Program-made: the position numbers and the translations under genes
Notes under the pieces: generated by a model
What the model saw: only the letters and a program-made list of their open reading frames with translations
What the model was told of the DNA's origin: nothing
The model's database searches: none
Part shown: positions 47,842 to 57,986 of the stretch, piece by piece
Numbering within the stretch: the first letter of the stretch is position 1
Layout of the letters: every line of letters begins with the position of its first letter
Origin: Dehalococcoidia bacterium
GTDB lineage: Bacteria; Chloroflexota; Dehalococcoidia; Bin125
Assembly (NCBI GenBank): GCA_963663895.2
Contig: CAXXRD010000001.1
Span: 824,801-888,800, forward strand
DNA: 64,000 bases
Direction of reading: 5' to 3'

Positions 47842-48228
47842 TCAGCGCCCCGTCGCTTTTCGGCGCTCAAGCGCATCCCGGAGAAGCGCGCGAACTGCCG
47901 GCCGGTTCGCATCCGCAAGCGAGCGATTCTTCACGTGGCGCATCTTGGCTCCCGACCCCTCCAGCACATGCTCCGGGTCGGCTAGATCGGCACCCTGGTA
48001 GAAACCGAGATTGACCCACTCTTTGTAAGGCAGAATGTAGGCATACCCGTCGATCATTTTCCTCGGCCCCACCCCATAGGTGGCAGCGCGATCACCGAGG
48101 CGAACTACCTCGCACGCGTTCGGATCGATCTCGACAATGGCCTTCCGCAGAGCCGTCGCGATGGGATGCAGGGGCTCTGCCGTAATTCGTAGCAAGTCGT
48201 CGAATGTGCCGAGCTGCGCCTTGGACAT
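47842..48228 (-). CDS. DUF1801 (YdhG-like) protein
   Basis: WVNLGFYQGADLADP..LEGSGAKMRHVK. Confidence 0.8.
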   Translation of the reverse strand: MSKAQLGTFDDLLRITAEPLHPIATALRKAIVEIDPNACEVVRLGDRAATYGVGPRKMIDGYAYILPYKEWVNLGFYQGADLADPEHVLEGSGAKMRHVKNRSLADANRPAVRALLRDALERRKATGR

Positions 48229-48484
48229 AGCCGACTTCCCGGCACCCCCAAAGCGTACCAAGCGGAGATCGAGCCCCGGCGGCCCACCCGCCCTCTGCCG
48301 CCCACGCCTGCGCTTGCCCTGCGAGATCCACTAGGCGACCCTCATCTGTGCCCAGCCATCCCACGGCCCGTCGCGGGCACCGCCGTATAGAAGCTCCAGA
48401 AAACCGGAATGGGTATTGCGGGGGAGGCGGACGCTTGACGCGGCGGGGGGCGTGTAGGAGCTTCCCCCAAGCGGAGGCGAGGGG

Positions 48485-50920
48485 ATGCTGGACGGCTACC
48501 GTGTCCTCGATCTGACGAACGAGCGCGGCCTGCTTTGCGGATTGATCTTGTCCGACTTAGGCGCGGACGTGATTCAGGTGGAGCCGCCGGGCGGGTCTGC
48601 GGCGCGCCGCCTCGGACCGTTCGCGGGCGACGACCCCGATCCCGAGCAGTCGCTGTACTGGTGGGCCTACTGCCGCGGCAAGCGCAGCGTGACGCTGGAT
48701 CTCGAGGACCAGGCGGCGCTGCGGGCGCTGGCTCGGGGGGCGCATTTCCTGATCGAGTCGGAGCCGCCGGGGACGATGGCGGCACGCGGCTTGGGCTACG
48801 CGGATCTGTCGCAGGAGAATCCGGGGCTGGTGTACGTGTCGATCACGCCGTTTGGGCAGGACGGACCCAAGGCGAGCTGGGCGGACAGCGACATTACGAT
48901 CATGGCGGCGGGGGGACCGCTGAGCTTGGCCGGAGAGCCGGGGCACACGCCGGTGCGCTGCACCGCGCCCCAGGCCTATCAGCACGCGGCGGCGGAAGCA
49001 GCGGGGGCGGCGCTGATCGCGCACCACGAGCGGCGGCGCAGCGGGCGGGGCCAGCACGTGGACGTGGCGGCGCAGCAGTGCGTGGCGGCGGCGACGATGT
49101 CGCAGATCATCAGCGCGCCAATCAACGAGCAAGAAGCAGCGCGGACCGGCGGCGGGATGCGGTTCGGGCCGATCGAAGCACGGATCATCTTCCCAGCCAA
49201 GGACGGGCATATCTCGCTCACGCTGTTGTTCGGGCAAGCGATGGGCCCGTTCACGCGTCGAATGATGGAGTGGATGTACGAAGAGGGAGCCTGCGACGAG
49301 GCGACGCTCAACAAAGACTGGCTTGCCTACGCGGATCTGCTGCTGAGTGGCGAGGAGCCGCTCGAGGAATTCGAGCGGGTCAAGGAGCTGGTAGCGGCGT
49401 TCACGGCCACGAAGACGAAGGCAACGCTGTTCGCGGCGGCGCGCGAGCGGGGTTTGCTGCTGGCGCCGGTCTGCACGACGGCAGAGGTGGCAGAGAGTGA
49501 GCAGCTGGCGGCGCGGGGCTACTGGCAGGAGGTGGAGCAGGCGTCATTGGGGAGGGCGGTGCGATACCCAGGGCCGTTCGTGCAGTTCCGGGACGATCCG
49601 ATCCGCTACAGACGGGCGGCGCCGCGCATCGGCGAGCACAACGGCGAGGTGCTGGGCCCAACGCCGCCTCCGCGCCTGCCGACGCCTCCGCGGCCCGAAG
49701 CGAGAACGGCCGAACCGCTACCGCTCGCGGACGTGAAAATCCTGGACTTCATGTGGGTGATCGCCGGGCCAACGGCGACGCGCACGATGGCGGATTATGG
49801 GGCAACGATCGTGCGGGTGGAATCGGCGAACCGGATCGAGACGGCGCGGACGGTTTCGCCATTCCACAACGGGGAGCCGGGGCCGGACTCGGGGCTGTTC
49901 GGGAACTACAACGCAGGCAAGCTGGGGTTAACGCTCAATCTAGGGACGGCGGAGGGGCGGGCGGTCGCGCTGGACTTGGTGCGCTGGGCGGACATCGTGA
50001 CGGAGGCGTTCTCACCGAAGGCGATGCGGGCATGGGGACTGGACTACGCGTCTCTGCGGGCGCTGAAGCCGGAGATCATCATGCTGAGCACCTGCCTGTT
50101 CGGGCAGAGCGGGCCGCTGGCCGGAGTGGCGGGGTACGGCACGATGGGCTCGGCGATCTCGGGCTTCATCAACCTCGGCGGCTTCCCCGACCGGCAGCCG
50201 GTCGGGCCCTACGGCGCCTACACCGACTACTGCGCGCCGCGTTTCACGCTGGCGGCGCTGATCGCGGCGCTGGAACGCCGGGATCGGACGGGAGAAGGAA
50301 CGTACATCGACCAGGCGCAAGCGGAGTCTTCGCTGCATTTCATCGCGCCGGCGTTGTTGGACTACACGGTGAACGGCCGGATCCAGCAGCGCGACGGAAA
50401 CCGAGACCCTCGGATGGCACCACACGGTGTGTATCGCGCGGCAGGAGCGGACGACTGGGTGGCGATCGCGGTACGCGACGAGGCGGAGTGGAACCGGTTC
50501 TGTGCAGCGCTGGGACAAGGCGAACTGGCCGGGGAGGCGCGGTTCGCGACGTTGCGCGATCGCAAGGCGAACGAAGCGGCCCTGGACGCGATCGTGGAGA
50601 GTTGGACCACGCAGTGGCCGGCAGAGCAGATCGAGGCGCAGCTGCAGGCCGTGGGGATTCCGGCGTCCGTCGTGCAGGGCAGCGCGCGCTGTGCGGCGGA
50701 TCCACAGTTGCAGCACCGGGAGCATTTCGTGGAGCTGGACCACCCGGTGCACGGGAAGACGACCGTGGAGAACTCACGGTTCCGGCTATCGCGGACGCCC
50801 GCCGCCGTGCGGCGCTGCGCGCCGCCGTTCGGCCGGGACAACGCATACGTGCTGAAGGAGATTCTGGGCTACGACGACGAGCGGGTGACCGAGCTGATCA
50901 TCGCGGGGGCGCTGGACTAG
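48485..50920 (+). CDS. Fused two-domain family III CoA-transferase (CaiB/BaiF)
   Basis: Two CoA_transf_3 repeats (RVLDL...GADVI...GKRSVTLD and KILDF...GATIVRVE...GKLGLTLN) and YTDY Asp. Confidence 0.92.
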   Translation: MLDGYRVLDLTNERGLLCGLILSDLGADVIQVEPPGGSAARRLGPFAGDDPDPEQSLYWWAYCRGKRSVTLDLEDQAALRALARGAHFLIESEPPGTMAARGLGYADLSQENPGLVYVSITPFGQDGPKASWADSDITIMAAGGPLSLAGEPGHTPVRCTAPQAYQHAAAEAAGAALIAHHERRRSGRGQHVDVAAQQCVAAATMSQIISAPINEQEAARTGGGMRFGPIEARIIFPAKDGHISLTLLFGQAMGPFTRRMMEWMYEEGACDEATLNKDWLAYADLLLSGEEPLEEFERVKELVAAFTATKTKATLFAAARERGLLLAPVCTTAEVAESEQLAARGYWQEVEQASLGRAVRYPGPFVQFRDDPIRYRRAAPRIGEHNGEVLGPTPPPRLPTPPRPEARTAEPLPLADVKILDFMWVIAGPTATRTMADYGATIVRVESANRIETARTVSPFHNGEPGPDSGLFGNYNAGKLGLTLNLGTAEGRAVALDLVRWADIVTEAFSPKAMRAWGLDYASLRALKPEIIMLSTCLFGQSGPLAGVAGYGTMGSAISGFINLGGFPDRQPVGPYGAYTDYCAPRFTLAALIAALERRDRTGEGTYIDQAQAESSLHFIAPALLDYTVNGRIQQRDGNRDPRMAPHGVYRAAGADDWVAIAVRDEAEWNRFCAALGQGELAGEARFATLRDRKANEAALDAIVESWTTQWPAEQIEAQLQAVGIPASVVQGSARCAADPQLQHREHFVELDHPVHGKTTVENSRFRLSRTPAAVRRCAPPFGRDNAYVLKEILGYDDERVTELIIAGALD

Positions 50921-52185
50921 CGGCTCGGCGCTCCGCGCGGGCGGGGGAGGCGGAGAGTGAGGCCGAAGAGGGCGACGGCCAGAGCGAAGATGCCGATGAA
51001 GAGGATGAGCGCCAGGTCGTAGGAGCCGGTAGCGTCGAAGATGGCTCCGGCGACGGTGGGGGCGCTGACCATAATCCCGATGCGGATGAATCCGACGGTC
51101 CCGAGGATGGTGCCGAAGTGGGCGGGGCCGAAGGTGCGAACGACGGCGAGCGGCTCTAAGAGGGCGGGACCGCCCTCGTTGATCGACCAGAAGAGGATGA
51201 ACACGGCGATCGCGACGAGCCCGCTATCGCCGAGGAGGACGAGGGCGGCGGCGGCGCCACCGCCGGCGACCAGCATCCCCACGTACTCGTAGCGGAAGCC
51301 GCGGTCGACGAGCCAGGAGAAGGCGACGCGCGAGAGGATGCCGGAGGCGGCCATGATCGAGAGGATGGTGGAGGCACCCGCGGTACTGACGCCTTCGGAC
51401 TCGAAGAGCGGGATGGTGTGAATGACGAAGCCGAAGCTGGCGTAAAAGAAGGCGGCGATGCCGAGGGTGATGGTCCAGAAGATGGGGGTGCGAATGGCGG
51501 CGCGGAGGGTGAGCCCGGCCTGGGGCTCGATCGCGGCGGCCTGGCCCGGATCGAGAGCGGCGCCGTCAAGGCGGAGGCCGCGATCGGCTGGATCGTTGCG
51601 GACGACAAAGAGCGCAAGCGGGAGCAGCGCACCCCCGAGAGCCGCAGCGGAGATGCGGAAGGCGACATCCCAGCCGAACTCGGCGATAAGGAGGCGGAAG
51701 ATCGGGACGCCAGCGATCCCGCCGAGCGAGATCCCAACGGCGAGGATGCCAAGAGCCGTGCCGCGCCGCCGGGAGAACCAGCGAGAGGCAAGCGCCTGGA
51801 AGGGAATGACGAAGGTCATGGCGAGAGAGACGCCGGCGAGCGCGTAAAAGAGGTACCACTGCCAGAGGGTGGCGGTGATGCTGAGCAGGCCGTAGGCGCT
51901 CAGGCCGACGATCGCACCGACGAGGATGACGGAGCGCGGCCCGTAGCGATCGGTCCACTTGCCCACGAGCGGCGAGGAGAGGCCGCTGGCGATGAAGGCG
52001 ACGGTGATGGCGAAGGAAACCTCCGCGCGCGTCCAGCCGAACTGCTGCTCTATGGGGTCGATGTAGAGACCGAAGTTCCAGACCAAGAGCGCGCTGGAGA
52101 CGGCGATGCCGAGCCCGGAGGCCAACATGAGCCACCAGCCATAGTGGAGCTGGTGGGGGCTGGGGAGGCGGATGCGGGCGTTCAA
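50917..52185 (-). CDS. MFS transporter
   Basis: YGW, GKWTDRYGPR motif A, WFSRRRG and FDATGSY; TTG start overlaps the upstream stop. Confidence 0.9.
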   Translation of the reverse strand: MNARIRLPSPHQLHYGWWLMLASGLGIAVSSALLVWNFGLYIDPIEQQFGWTRAEVSFAITVAFIASGLSSPLVGKWTDRYGPRSVILVGAIVGLSAYGLLSITATLWQWYLFYALAGVSLAMTFVIPFQALASRWFSRRRGTALGILAVGISLGGIAGVPIFRLLIAEFGWDVAFRISAAALGGALLPLALFVVRNDPADRGLRLDGAALDPGQAAAIEPQAGLTLRAAIRTPIFWTITLGIAAFFYASFGFVIHTIPLFESEGVSTAGASTILSIMAASGILSRVAFSWLVDRGFRYEYVGMLVAGGGAAAALVLLGDSGLVAIAVFILFWSINEGGPALLEPLAVVRTFGPAHFGTILGTVGFIRIGIMVSAPTVAGAIFDATGSYDLALILFIGIFALAVALFGLTLRLPRPRGAPSR

Positions 52186-53234
52186 GCGAGCAAAACGATT
52201 CCTGCAAGGGCGACGACCGTGCCGATCACCGCCCAACGGGTGATGCGCTCGTGGAGAAAGATCACGGCCAGGGGGAGGCCGAAGAGCGGCGAGGTGGAGA
52301 TGACCGCAACGGCGCCGCCGGCGCCGAGATCTTGGACGGCCGGGATGAAGAGCAGCGCAGCGGCGCCGCTGCCGACAACGCCGGCCAGCAGCAGCACGAC
52401 AAGGCTGCGTTTGGAGACATCGCGGCGGCGCACGTGGGAGCGGGGCCACAAGAGTACGAGCGGGGCCAGGAAGGCGAGGATCAGCGGCATGCGCGGGAGC
52501 GTAGCGGCGGCCGGATCAACGTCGATGGAAGCGTCGCGGAGCATGACGCTCGCGACCGAGAAGGAAAGAGCGGTGAGGAAAGCGACGCTAATCCCTAGGA
52601 CGAGACGGTGCGCCAAGAGCAAGCGCCAGACACGGTGGCGGATGCCCGGAGCAGACGGCGGAGCCACGCCGAGGATGGGGAAGGCAGGAGGAGGCGCCAG
52701 CACAGCAGTGCGGATCGGGGCGAAGGTTGGTGGGGCGAGGCTCGCCCCCCGGATCGCGCTGGCGAGATGGCGGAGCTGATCGAGCGGGGACGGAACACCG
52801 GTGCCGGGCTGGCCGTACAGCGCGACGGCGTAGACGCCGAGAGCGATGAGCACAGCGCCCAAGCCGTCGGACCAGGTCGCCGATTCACCGAGGAAGATCG
52901 CGGCGAGGGCGAAGGAGAGAAGAATCTGCAGCCCCACGACGATAGTGAAGGTGCGACTCAGCCCGATCAGGAAGAGCGCGGCCGCGTAGAGCGTCTCGCC
53001 CAAACCCGAGGCGAGGAAGCCGGCCAGGCTCAAGCGCCAGAGATCGTGCAAGGCGAGAGACCAGAGCGCGTCCTGCGCTCCTAAGGCGAACAGGGCAGCC
53101 ACAAAAAATCCGCCGGCGCCGAGGGCGCGGATCAGGCTGAGCGACAGCGTATCCATACGCTGCGCTTGCTGGGTCATGATCGCGCTCGCGATAGCCCAGA
53201 GCACGGCACTGCCGATGCCGGCTGCGATCCCCAC
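52182..53234 (-). CDS. DMT/EamA family transporter
   Basis: Two EamA repeats ending IFLGE and IFLHE. Confidence 0.85.
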   Translation of the reverse strand: MGIAAGIGSAVLWAIASAIMTQQAQRMDTLSLSLIRALGAGGFFVAALFALGAQDALWSLALHDLWRLSLAGFLASGLGETLYAAALFLIGLSRTFTIVVGLQILLSFALAAIFLGESATWSDGLGAVLIALGVYAVALYGQPGTGVPSPLDQLRHLASAIRGASLAPPTFAPIRTAVLAPPPAFPILGVAPPSAPGIRHRVWRLLLAHRLVLGISVAFLTALSFSVASVMLRDASIDVDPAAATLPRMPLILAFLAPLVLLWPRSHVRRRDVSKRSLVVLLLAGVVGSGAAALLFIPAVQDLGAGGAVAVISTSPLFGLPLAVIFLHERITRWAVIGTVVALAGIVLLA

Positions 53235-53342
53235 TGCTGCCTCCGGAGGGGTAACTGCGCTCGGACGCAGTCACCTTCGGCAGGCTACAGGCGAGGCGAA
53301 GCGGGGACGAGTATGCCGACGACAGCGCCCGGAGCCGGCGCG

Positions 53343-55337
53343 CTAGAGCGCACGGCCAAGCTCGTACCCTTCGTAGATCGCGTCGTCCACGGTTCGGGGA
53401 GTGAGTGCATCGCCGATGCAGTGCACGGTGGCGCCGGTCGTGTCGAGCGCAGTGGGTCCATCGATTGGAGAGCGCAACATGGTGAGGATCAGAGAATCGA
53501 ATTCAACGGGAGTCTGGGTGCCGTCCCAAACGTTGTAGACAATAGCCGTCCCCTCACGAACGCTCTCGATGAAACGCTGCGGCGAAAGCTTGATGCCCTT
53601 CTCGTGCAGGCGCGGGTAGATCCAGGGGAGGTGCAGCTGCATGGGGGTTTTATCGCCGATGAACATGTAGCGAGAGAGGATCTCAACATCCTTACCACGG
53701 TCGGCGAGGAATTCGGCCAGGCCCATGGGAGGGTAGTCGCCCTGGTCGTCGAGGATGAGAACGCGCTGCCCGCAGCGGTCGGGATCGTCGAGGGTCTCAA
53801 CGGGCGTGAGGACGTTTTCGCGCTCAATGCCGGGGATGCCGGGACGCTCGCCCCGGAAGATCGAGTAGCCGTCTTTGTTGTAGCGAGAGCCGGTGGCGAG
53901 GACGACATCGTCCGGGTTGAGCGCGGCGATCCGCTCGGCGGTGGCCTCGGTGCCGAGGCGGACGTCGACGTTGTAGCGCTCGAGGGCGCCCTCCAGGTAA
54001 TCGCCAACGACCGACCAGTCCGCGCGGGTCGGCAGCATGGCCGCGTAGTGCATCTGTCCGCCCAGCTTGTCGGCCTTTTCGAATAGGGTGACCGTATGTC
54101 CACGGCTGGCGGCGATCTCGGCGACCTTCATGCCAGCGGGGCCTCCGCCCACCACCGCGATCGAGCGGGGGTGTTGAGCCGGCTGGAGCGTCCCGATGCC
54201 CCACTGCCGCTCGAGACCGGTCGTGGGATTGACCGTGCAGGCGATGCCCGTGTTCTGGAAAACGCGATTGATACAGCCTTGGTTGGCGCCGACGCATTTG
54301 CGGATCTCGTCCTTGCGGCCACTGCGGGCTTTATTGACGAGCTCGGGGTCGGCGATGTGGGCGCGGGTCATGGCGACCATGTCGGAGTGGCCGCTGCCGA
54401 TGACCTCCGCCGCTTCATCGATATTGTGGATCCGGCCGACGATGAAGACGGCGGCGGAGTCGCCCACGATGGCTTTCGTGCGGCGGGCATGATCGACCAT
54501 GAAGCCGTGCTCGACATTCATGGGCGCGACGGTCTGGTGCATGGTGTGATAGTTGCCGCCGCTCATGTTGAAATAGTCGAAGAGACCAGTCTCGCTCAGG
54601 GTTGTGACGGCCGCCTCCCCCTCTTCGGGGGTGATGCCGCCCTCGATCCATTCGTCGAAGCTGAGGCGGATGCCGAGGGTGATCTTGTCGCCGACGCGCT
54701 TGCGGACCTCCTCGGCAGCCTCAATAGCGAAGCGGCAGCGGTTTTCGGTGTTGCCGCCATAGGCATCGGTGCGGTGATTGGTGAGCGGGGAGAAGAACTG
54801 GCAAACCAGGTAGCCGTGGGCGCCGTGGATCTCGAAGCCGTCGGCGCCGGCGGTCATGACGTTGTGAGCGGTCTGGCCGTAGCCCTCAATGATGCTGCGG
54901 ATATCGTCCTTGCTCATCTCGCGGGGCTGGACGCGGTAGCTGATGGAGGGAATGGCGGAGGGAGCCTGCACGGCGTGACGGTTGTCGAGGAACATGACGC
55001 CGTCGTCTTGCTGGCCAGCGACGAAGCCCTGAACGAAAACGCGCCCGCCGGCGGCGTGGACCTCGTCAGCGAGCTGCTGGTAGCGAGGGATCGACTCTTC
55101 GCGCCATCCGGCGCACATCGCGTGGTAGCCGCCTTTGGCGGTCCAATGCACGCCTTGCTGCTCGGTAATCACGAGGGCAGCGCCGCCTTTGGCGCGCTCG
55201 GCATAGTAAGCGATGTGGCGATCGCTGAGGAGTCCGTTCTCGCCGTACATCTGCGAGTGGGCGGAGACGAACACGCGGTGCTTGAGCAGGGTGGGGCCGA
55301 CTTGGAGGGGTTGCCAGAGAACGTCGAGGCTGGCCAT
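53343..55337 (-). CDS. NADH:flavin oxidoreductase (OYE/FadH/TMADH-like FMN-FeS-FAD protein)
   Basis: ERAKGG, EIHGAHGYL, NHRTDAYGG, CVGANQGC...CTVNP and VGGGPAGM. Confidence 0.92.
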   Translation of the reverse strand: MASLDVLWQPLQVGPTLLKHRVFVSAHSQMYGENGLLSDRHIAYYAERAKGGAALVITEQQGVHWTAKGGYHAMCAGWREESIPRYQQLADEVHAAGGRVFVQGFVAGQQDDGVMFLDNRHAVQAPSAIPSISYRVQPREMSKDDIRSIIEGYGQTAHNVMTAGADGFEIHGAHGYLVCQFFSPLTNHRTDAYGGNTENRCRFAIEAAEEVRKRVGDKITLGIRLSFDEWIEGGITPEEGEAAVTTLSETGLFDYFNMSGGNYHTMHQTVAPMNVEHGFMVDHARRTKAIVGDSAAVFIVGRIHNIDEAAEVIGSGHSDMVAMTRAHIADPELVNKARSGRKDEIRKCVGANQGCINRVFQNTGIACTVNPTTGLERQWGIGTLQPAQHPRSIAVVGGGPAGMKVAEIAASRGHTVTLFEKADKLGGQMHYAAMLPTRADWSVVGDYLEGALERYNVDVRLGTEATAERIAALNPDDVVLATGSRYNKDGYSIFRGERPGIPGIERENVLTPVETLDDPDRCGQRVLILDDQGDYPPMGLAEFLADRGKDVEILSRYMFIGDKTPMQLHLPWIYPRLHEKGIKLSPQRFIESVREGTAIVYNVWDGTQTPVEFDSLILTMLRSPIDGPTALDTTGATVHCIGDALTPRTVDDAIYEGYELGRAL

Positions 55338-55463
55338 GACGGTTGCCTTTCCGGTGCCATTGATCGTTGCGGAACGGTTCTCGCGGACGTGGTATAGGGG
55401 GAGCGATTGTGAGGCGTCAACAGTAGCATCGCCCGACAGCGGGCGCGTGAGACATCTATTGCG

Positions 55464-55512
55464 GACAGTGGAGCGTATACCAGACAGCCGAGCGTATACG
55501 GGACGGTGGAGC
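55464..55512. repeat. Tandem 19-bp direct repeats in divergent promoter region
   Basis: GACAGTGGAGCGTATACCA / GACAGCCGAGCGTATACGG / GACGGTGGAGC. Confidence 0.7.
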
Positions 55513-55515
55513 CAG

Positions 55516-56691
55516 ATGCTGCAGATCGCACCGAGGGTGGCGCAGATCGGGACGGAGACGGCGTTTGCCGTGCTGGCGCGGGCAGAGGCGCTGCGGGCCG
55601 AGGGCCAGGAGATCATCAACCTAGGGATCGGACAGCCGGACTTCCCCACCCCGGACCACATCGTGGCGGCGGGGCGAGAGGCGCTGGCACGCGGCCGCCA
55701 CGGCTACACGCCCGCAGCGGGAATACCGGAGCTGCGGGAAGCGGTGGCGCGCGACCGAGAGCGGCGAACGGGGGCAGCAGTCGACAGCGCCGCGGTGCTG
55801 ATCACGCCAGGGGCGAAGGTCACGATGTTTTTCGCGACGCAGATGTTCGGCGGACCAGGCGCGGAAATCCTGTATCCGAATCCCGGATTCCCGATTTACG
55901 AGTCGGCGATCGCGCTGAGCGGGGCGCGACCAGTGCCGTACCGCTTGGAGGCGTCAGCGGGGTTTTCCTTCGACGCGGAGGCGCTGCTTGCGCAGATCAC
56001 GCCCGCCACTCGTCTGATCATTCTCAACAGCCCCGCGAATCCGACGGGCGGAGTAACGCCGGCGGAGCAGATCGACCGCTTGGCGGCGGGGTTGGAATCG
56101 CATCCCGCGGTGGCCGTGCTGAGTGACGAGATCTATGACCGCTTCGTGTACGACGGGCGCGAGCATCGCTCGCTGTTGCAATACGAAGGGCTGCGCAGCC
56201 AGCTCATCTTGCTCAACGGCTGGAGCAAAACGTATGCGATGACGGGCTGGCGGCTGGGGTACAGCGTGTGGCCGGCGGCGCTGTTCCCGCTGGCGGAGCG
56301 GCTAGCGATCAACTGCTACTCCTGCCCCAACGCGGCAGCCCAATACGCGGGAGTCGCAGCGCTGGAGGGACCGCAGGAGGCGGTGGAGGAGATGGTGGCG
56401 GCGTTCGACGAGCGGCGGCAGGTGTTGGTGACGGCGCTGAACGCGATCGACGGCGTGGAGTGTGCGACGCCGGGCGGCGCTTTCTACGCATTCCCCAACA
56501 TCAAGGAGACGGGCCTCGATTCGCGGACGTTACAGGACAGGCTCCTGACGGAGGCGGGCGTGGCGACGATCAGCGGCACGAGCTTCGGAGCGTACGGGGA
56601 GGGGTTCCTACGGCTGTCGTACGCGAGCAGCTTGGATCATATTCGCACGGCGGTGGAACGTCTCCGCGCCTTCCTCGACGGGAGTGCGTGA
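55516..56691 (+). CDS. PLP-dependent aminotransferase class I/II
   Basis: IGQPDF, NSPANPTG, SDEIY, SKTYAMTGWRLG and LRLSYA. Confidence 0.95.
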   Translation: MLQIAPRVAQIGTETAFAVLARAEALRAEGQEIINLGIGQPDFPTPDHIVAAGREALARGRHGYTPAAGIPELREAVARDRERRTGAAVDSAAVLITPGAKVTMFFATQMFGGPGAEILYPNPGFPIYESAIALSGARPVPYRLEASAGFSFDAEALLAQITPATRLIILNSPANPTGGVTPAEQIDRLAAGLESHPAVAVLSDEIYDRFVYDGREHRSLLQYEGLRSQLILLNGWSKTYAMTGWRLGYSVWPAALFPLAERLAINCYSCPNAAAQYAGVAALEGPQEAVEEMVAAFDERRQVLVTALNAIDGVECATPGGAFYAFPNIKETGLDSRTLQDRLLTEAGVATISGTSFGAYGEGFLRLSYASSLDHIRTAVERLRAFLDGSA

Positions 56692-56861
56692 GGGCAGGCG
56701 AGGGACCCTGCGACGCTCGGCTGCGCACTGACGCCGCGCCCCAGCGGCGGCGCGCGGGCTAACTTTGCAGGAAAGCAGGCCGCTGCGATAATGCGCGCCG
56801 TCCGCTTTGCAGCCGCTCAGGCGTGATCCTGCACCGAAATAGTGGCGTGGGGAGGTGATCG

Positions 56862-57950
56862 ATGGAGCTAGGTTTGGTCTTGAATACGCACGGCGTGGGC
56901 AGCCGCGACGATGCGGACTGGTGGCATCAGCCGATGGATCCGGACGAGATGAAGCCGGTGGAGGCCGCGCAGTTAGCGGAGCGGCTGGGGTTTCACTCGG
57001 CTTGGGTGGGAGACCACGTCGCACTGAAGGAGACATCGCCGGAATCGACATCGCCGGTACACGTGGAGGGGCGGTCGAACCCGGAGGTCCGGCAGAGGGG
57101 GACCGGGGACGAGGACGTAGGGGGCAGCAAGCGGCACTATCCGGCGCGGCCCAACATCCTGGACGGGGTGGCGTGTTTCGGAGCGATCGCGGCGAGCACG
57201 AGCCGCATCAAGTTCGGACCGGGCGTGTTGATTGCGCCGTACCGGCATCCGCTGAGCGACGCGCGGCAATACGCAACTCTCGACTATCTGTCCGGGGGGC
57301 GGGTGTTTCTTGGGGTGGGGCCGGGATGGATGAAGGAGGAGTTCGAGGCGGTGAACCAACCGCACGAGCACCGGCTGGCGATGACGGAAGAGTGCATCCA
57401 GATCTACAAGAAAGCGTGGACGGAGCCGCTCGTCACCTACCACGGCAAGTTTTACGACTTCGAAAACATGGGGATGGACCCCAAGCCGATCAGCAAGCCG
57501 CACCCGCCGATCGCGTACGGTGCGGTGACGCCGGCGGGGACACGACTTTGCGCGCGCGAGGCGGACGCGTTCTATCCCATTCTGGTGCGGCCGCACGATG
57601 ATCCGCACATGCACGACCACTTGGTCGAGATTCTGAAGAGGGAGCTGGACCGGATCGGGCGGCCGGAATCAGAGATGGGGATGATGGGGCTGGTATCGGC
57701 TCGGATCAGCAAGGCCGACGATGCGGAAGCCAGGCGAAACCCGCGCCGGAACTGCGGTGGCACGGCGGAGCAGATCGTGAGCGATATGCAGCGTTTCGCG
57801 GAGGCGGGCTACTCTCTGCTGGTAGTGGCGCCGGACGTGCCGTCCCATACGTATGCGGAGTACGAGGAACAGGTCGAGTGGCTGGGCAAGGAGGTCCTGC
57901 CCGAGGTCAAGCAGATCAAGGCGGCCGGCAACTGGCGGACGGAGTTTTAG
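56862..57950 (+). CDS. LLM-class (probably F420-dependent) oxidoreductase
   Basis: AERLGFHSAWVGDH, TLDYLSGGRV.LGVG and PKP...PHPPI. Confidence 0.88.
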   Translation: MELGLVLNTHGVGSRDDADWWHQPMDPDEMKPVEAAQLAERLGFHSAWVGDHVALKETSPESTSPVHVEGRSNPEVRQRGTGDEDVGGSKRHYPARPNILDGVACFGAIAASTSRIKFGPGVLIAPYRHPLSDARQYATLDYLSGGRVFLGVGPGWMKEEFEAVNQPHEHRLAMTEECIQIYKKAWTEPLVTYHGKFYDFENMGMDPKPISKPHPPIAYGAVTPAGTRLCAREADAFYPILVRPHDDPHMHDHLVEILKRELDRIGRPESEMGMMGLVSARISKADDAEARRNPRRNCGGTAEQIVSDMQRFAEAGYSLLVVAPDVPSHTYAEYEEQVEWLGKEVLPEVKQIKAAGNWRTEF

Positions 57951-57986
57951 GCCGCGCAGGCGGCGAGCGATTGCGAGGAAGCAGAC

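Noticed and set aside
55464-55512. 19-bp repeats as a CRISPR remnant
   Set aside because: There are no spacers, the units are too short, and no cas genes are present.
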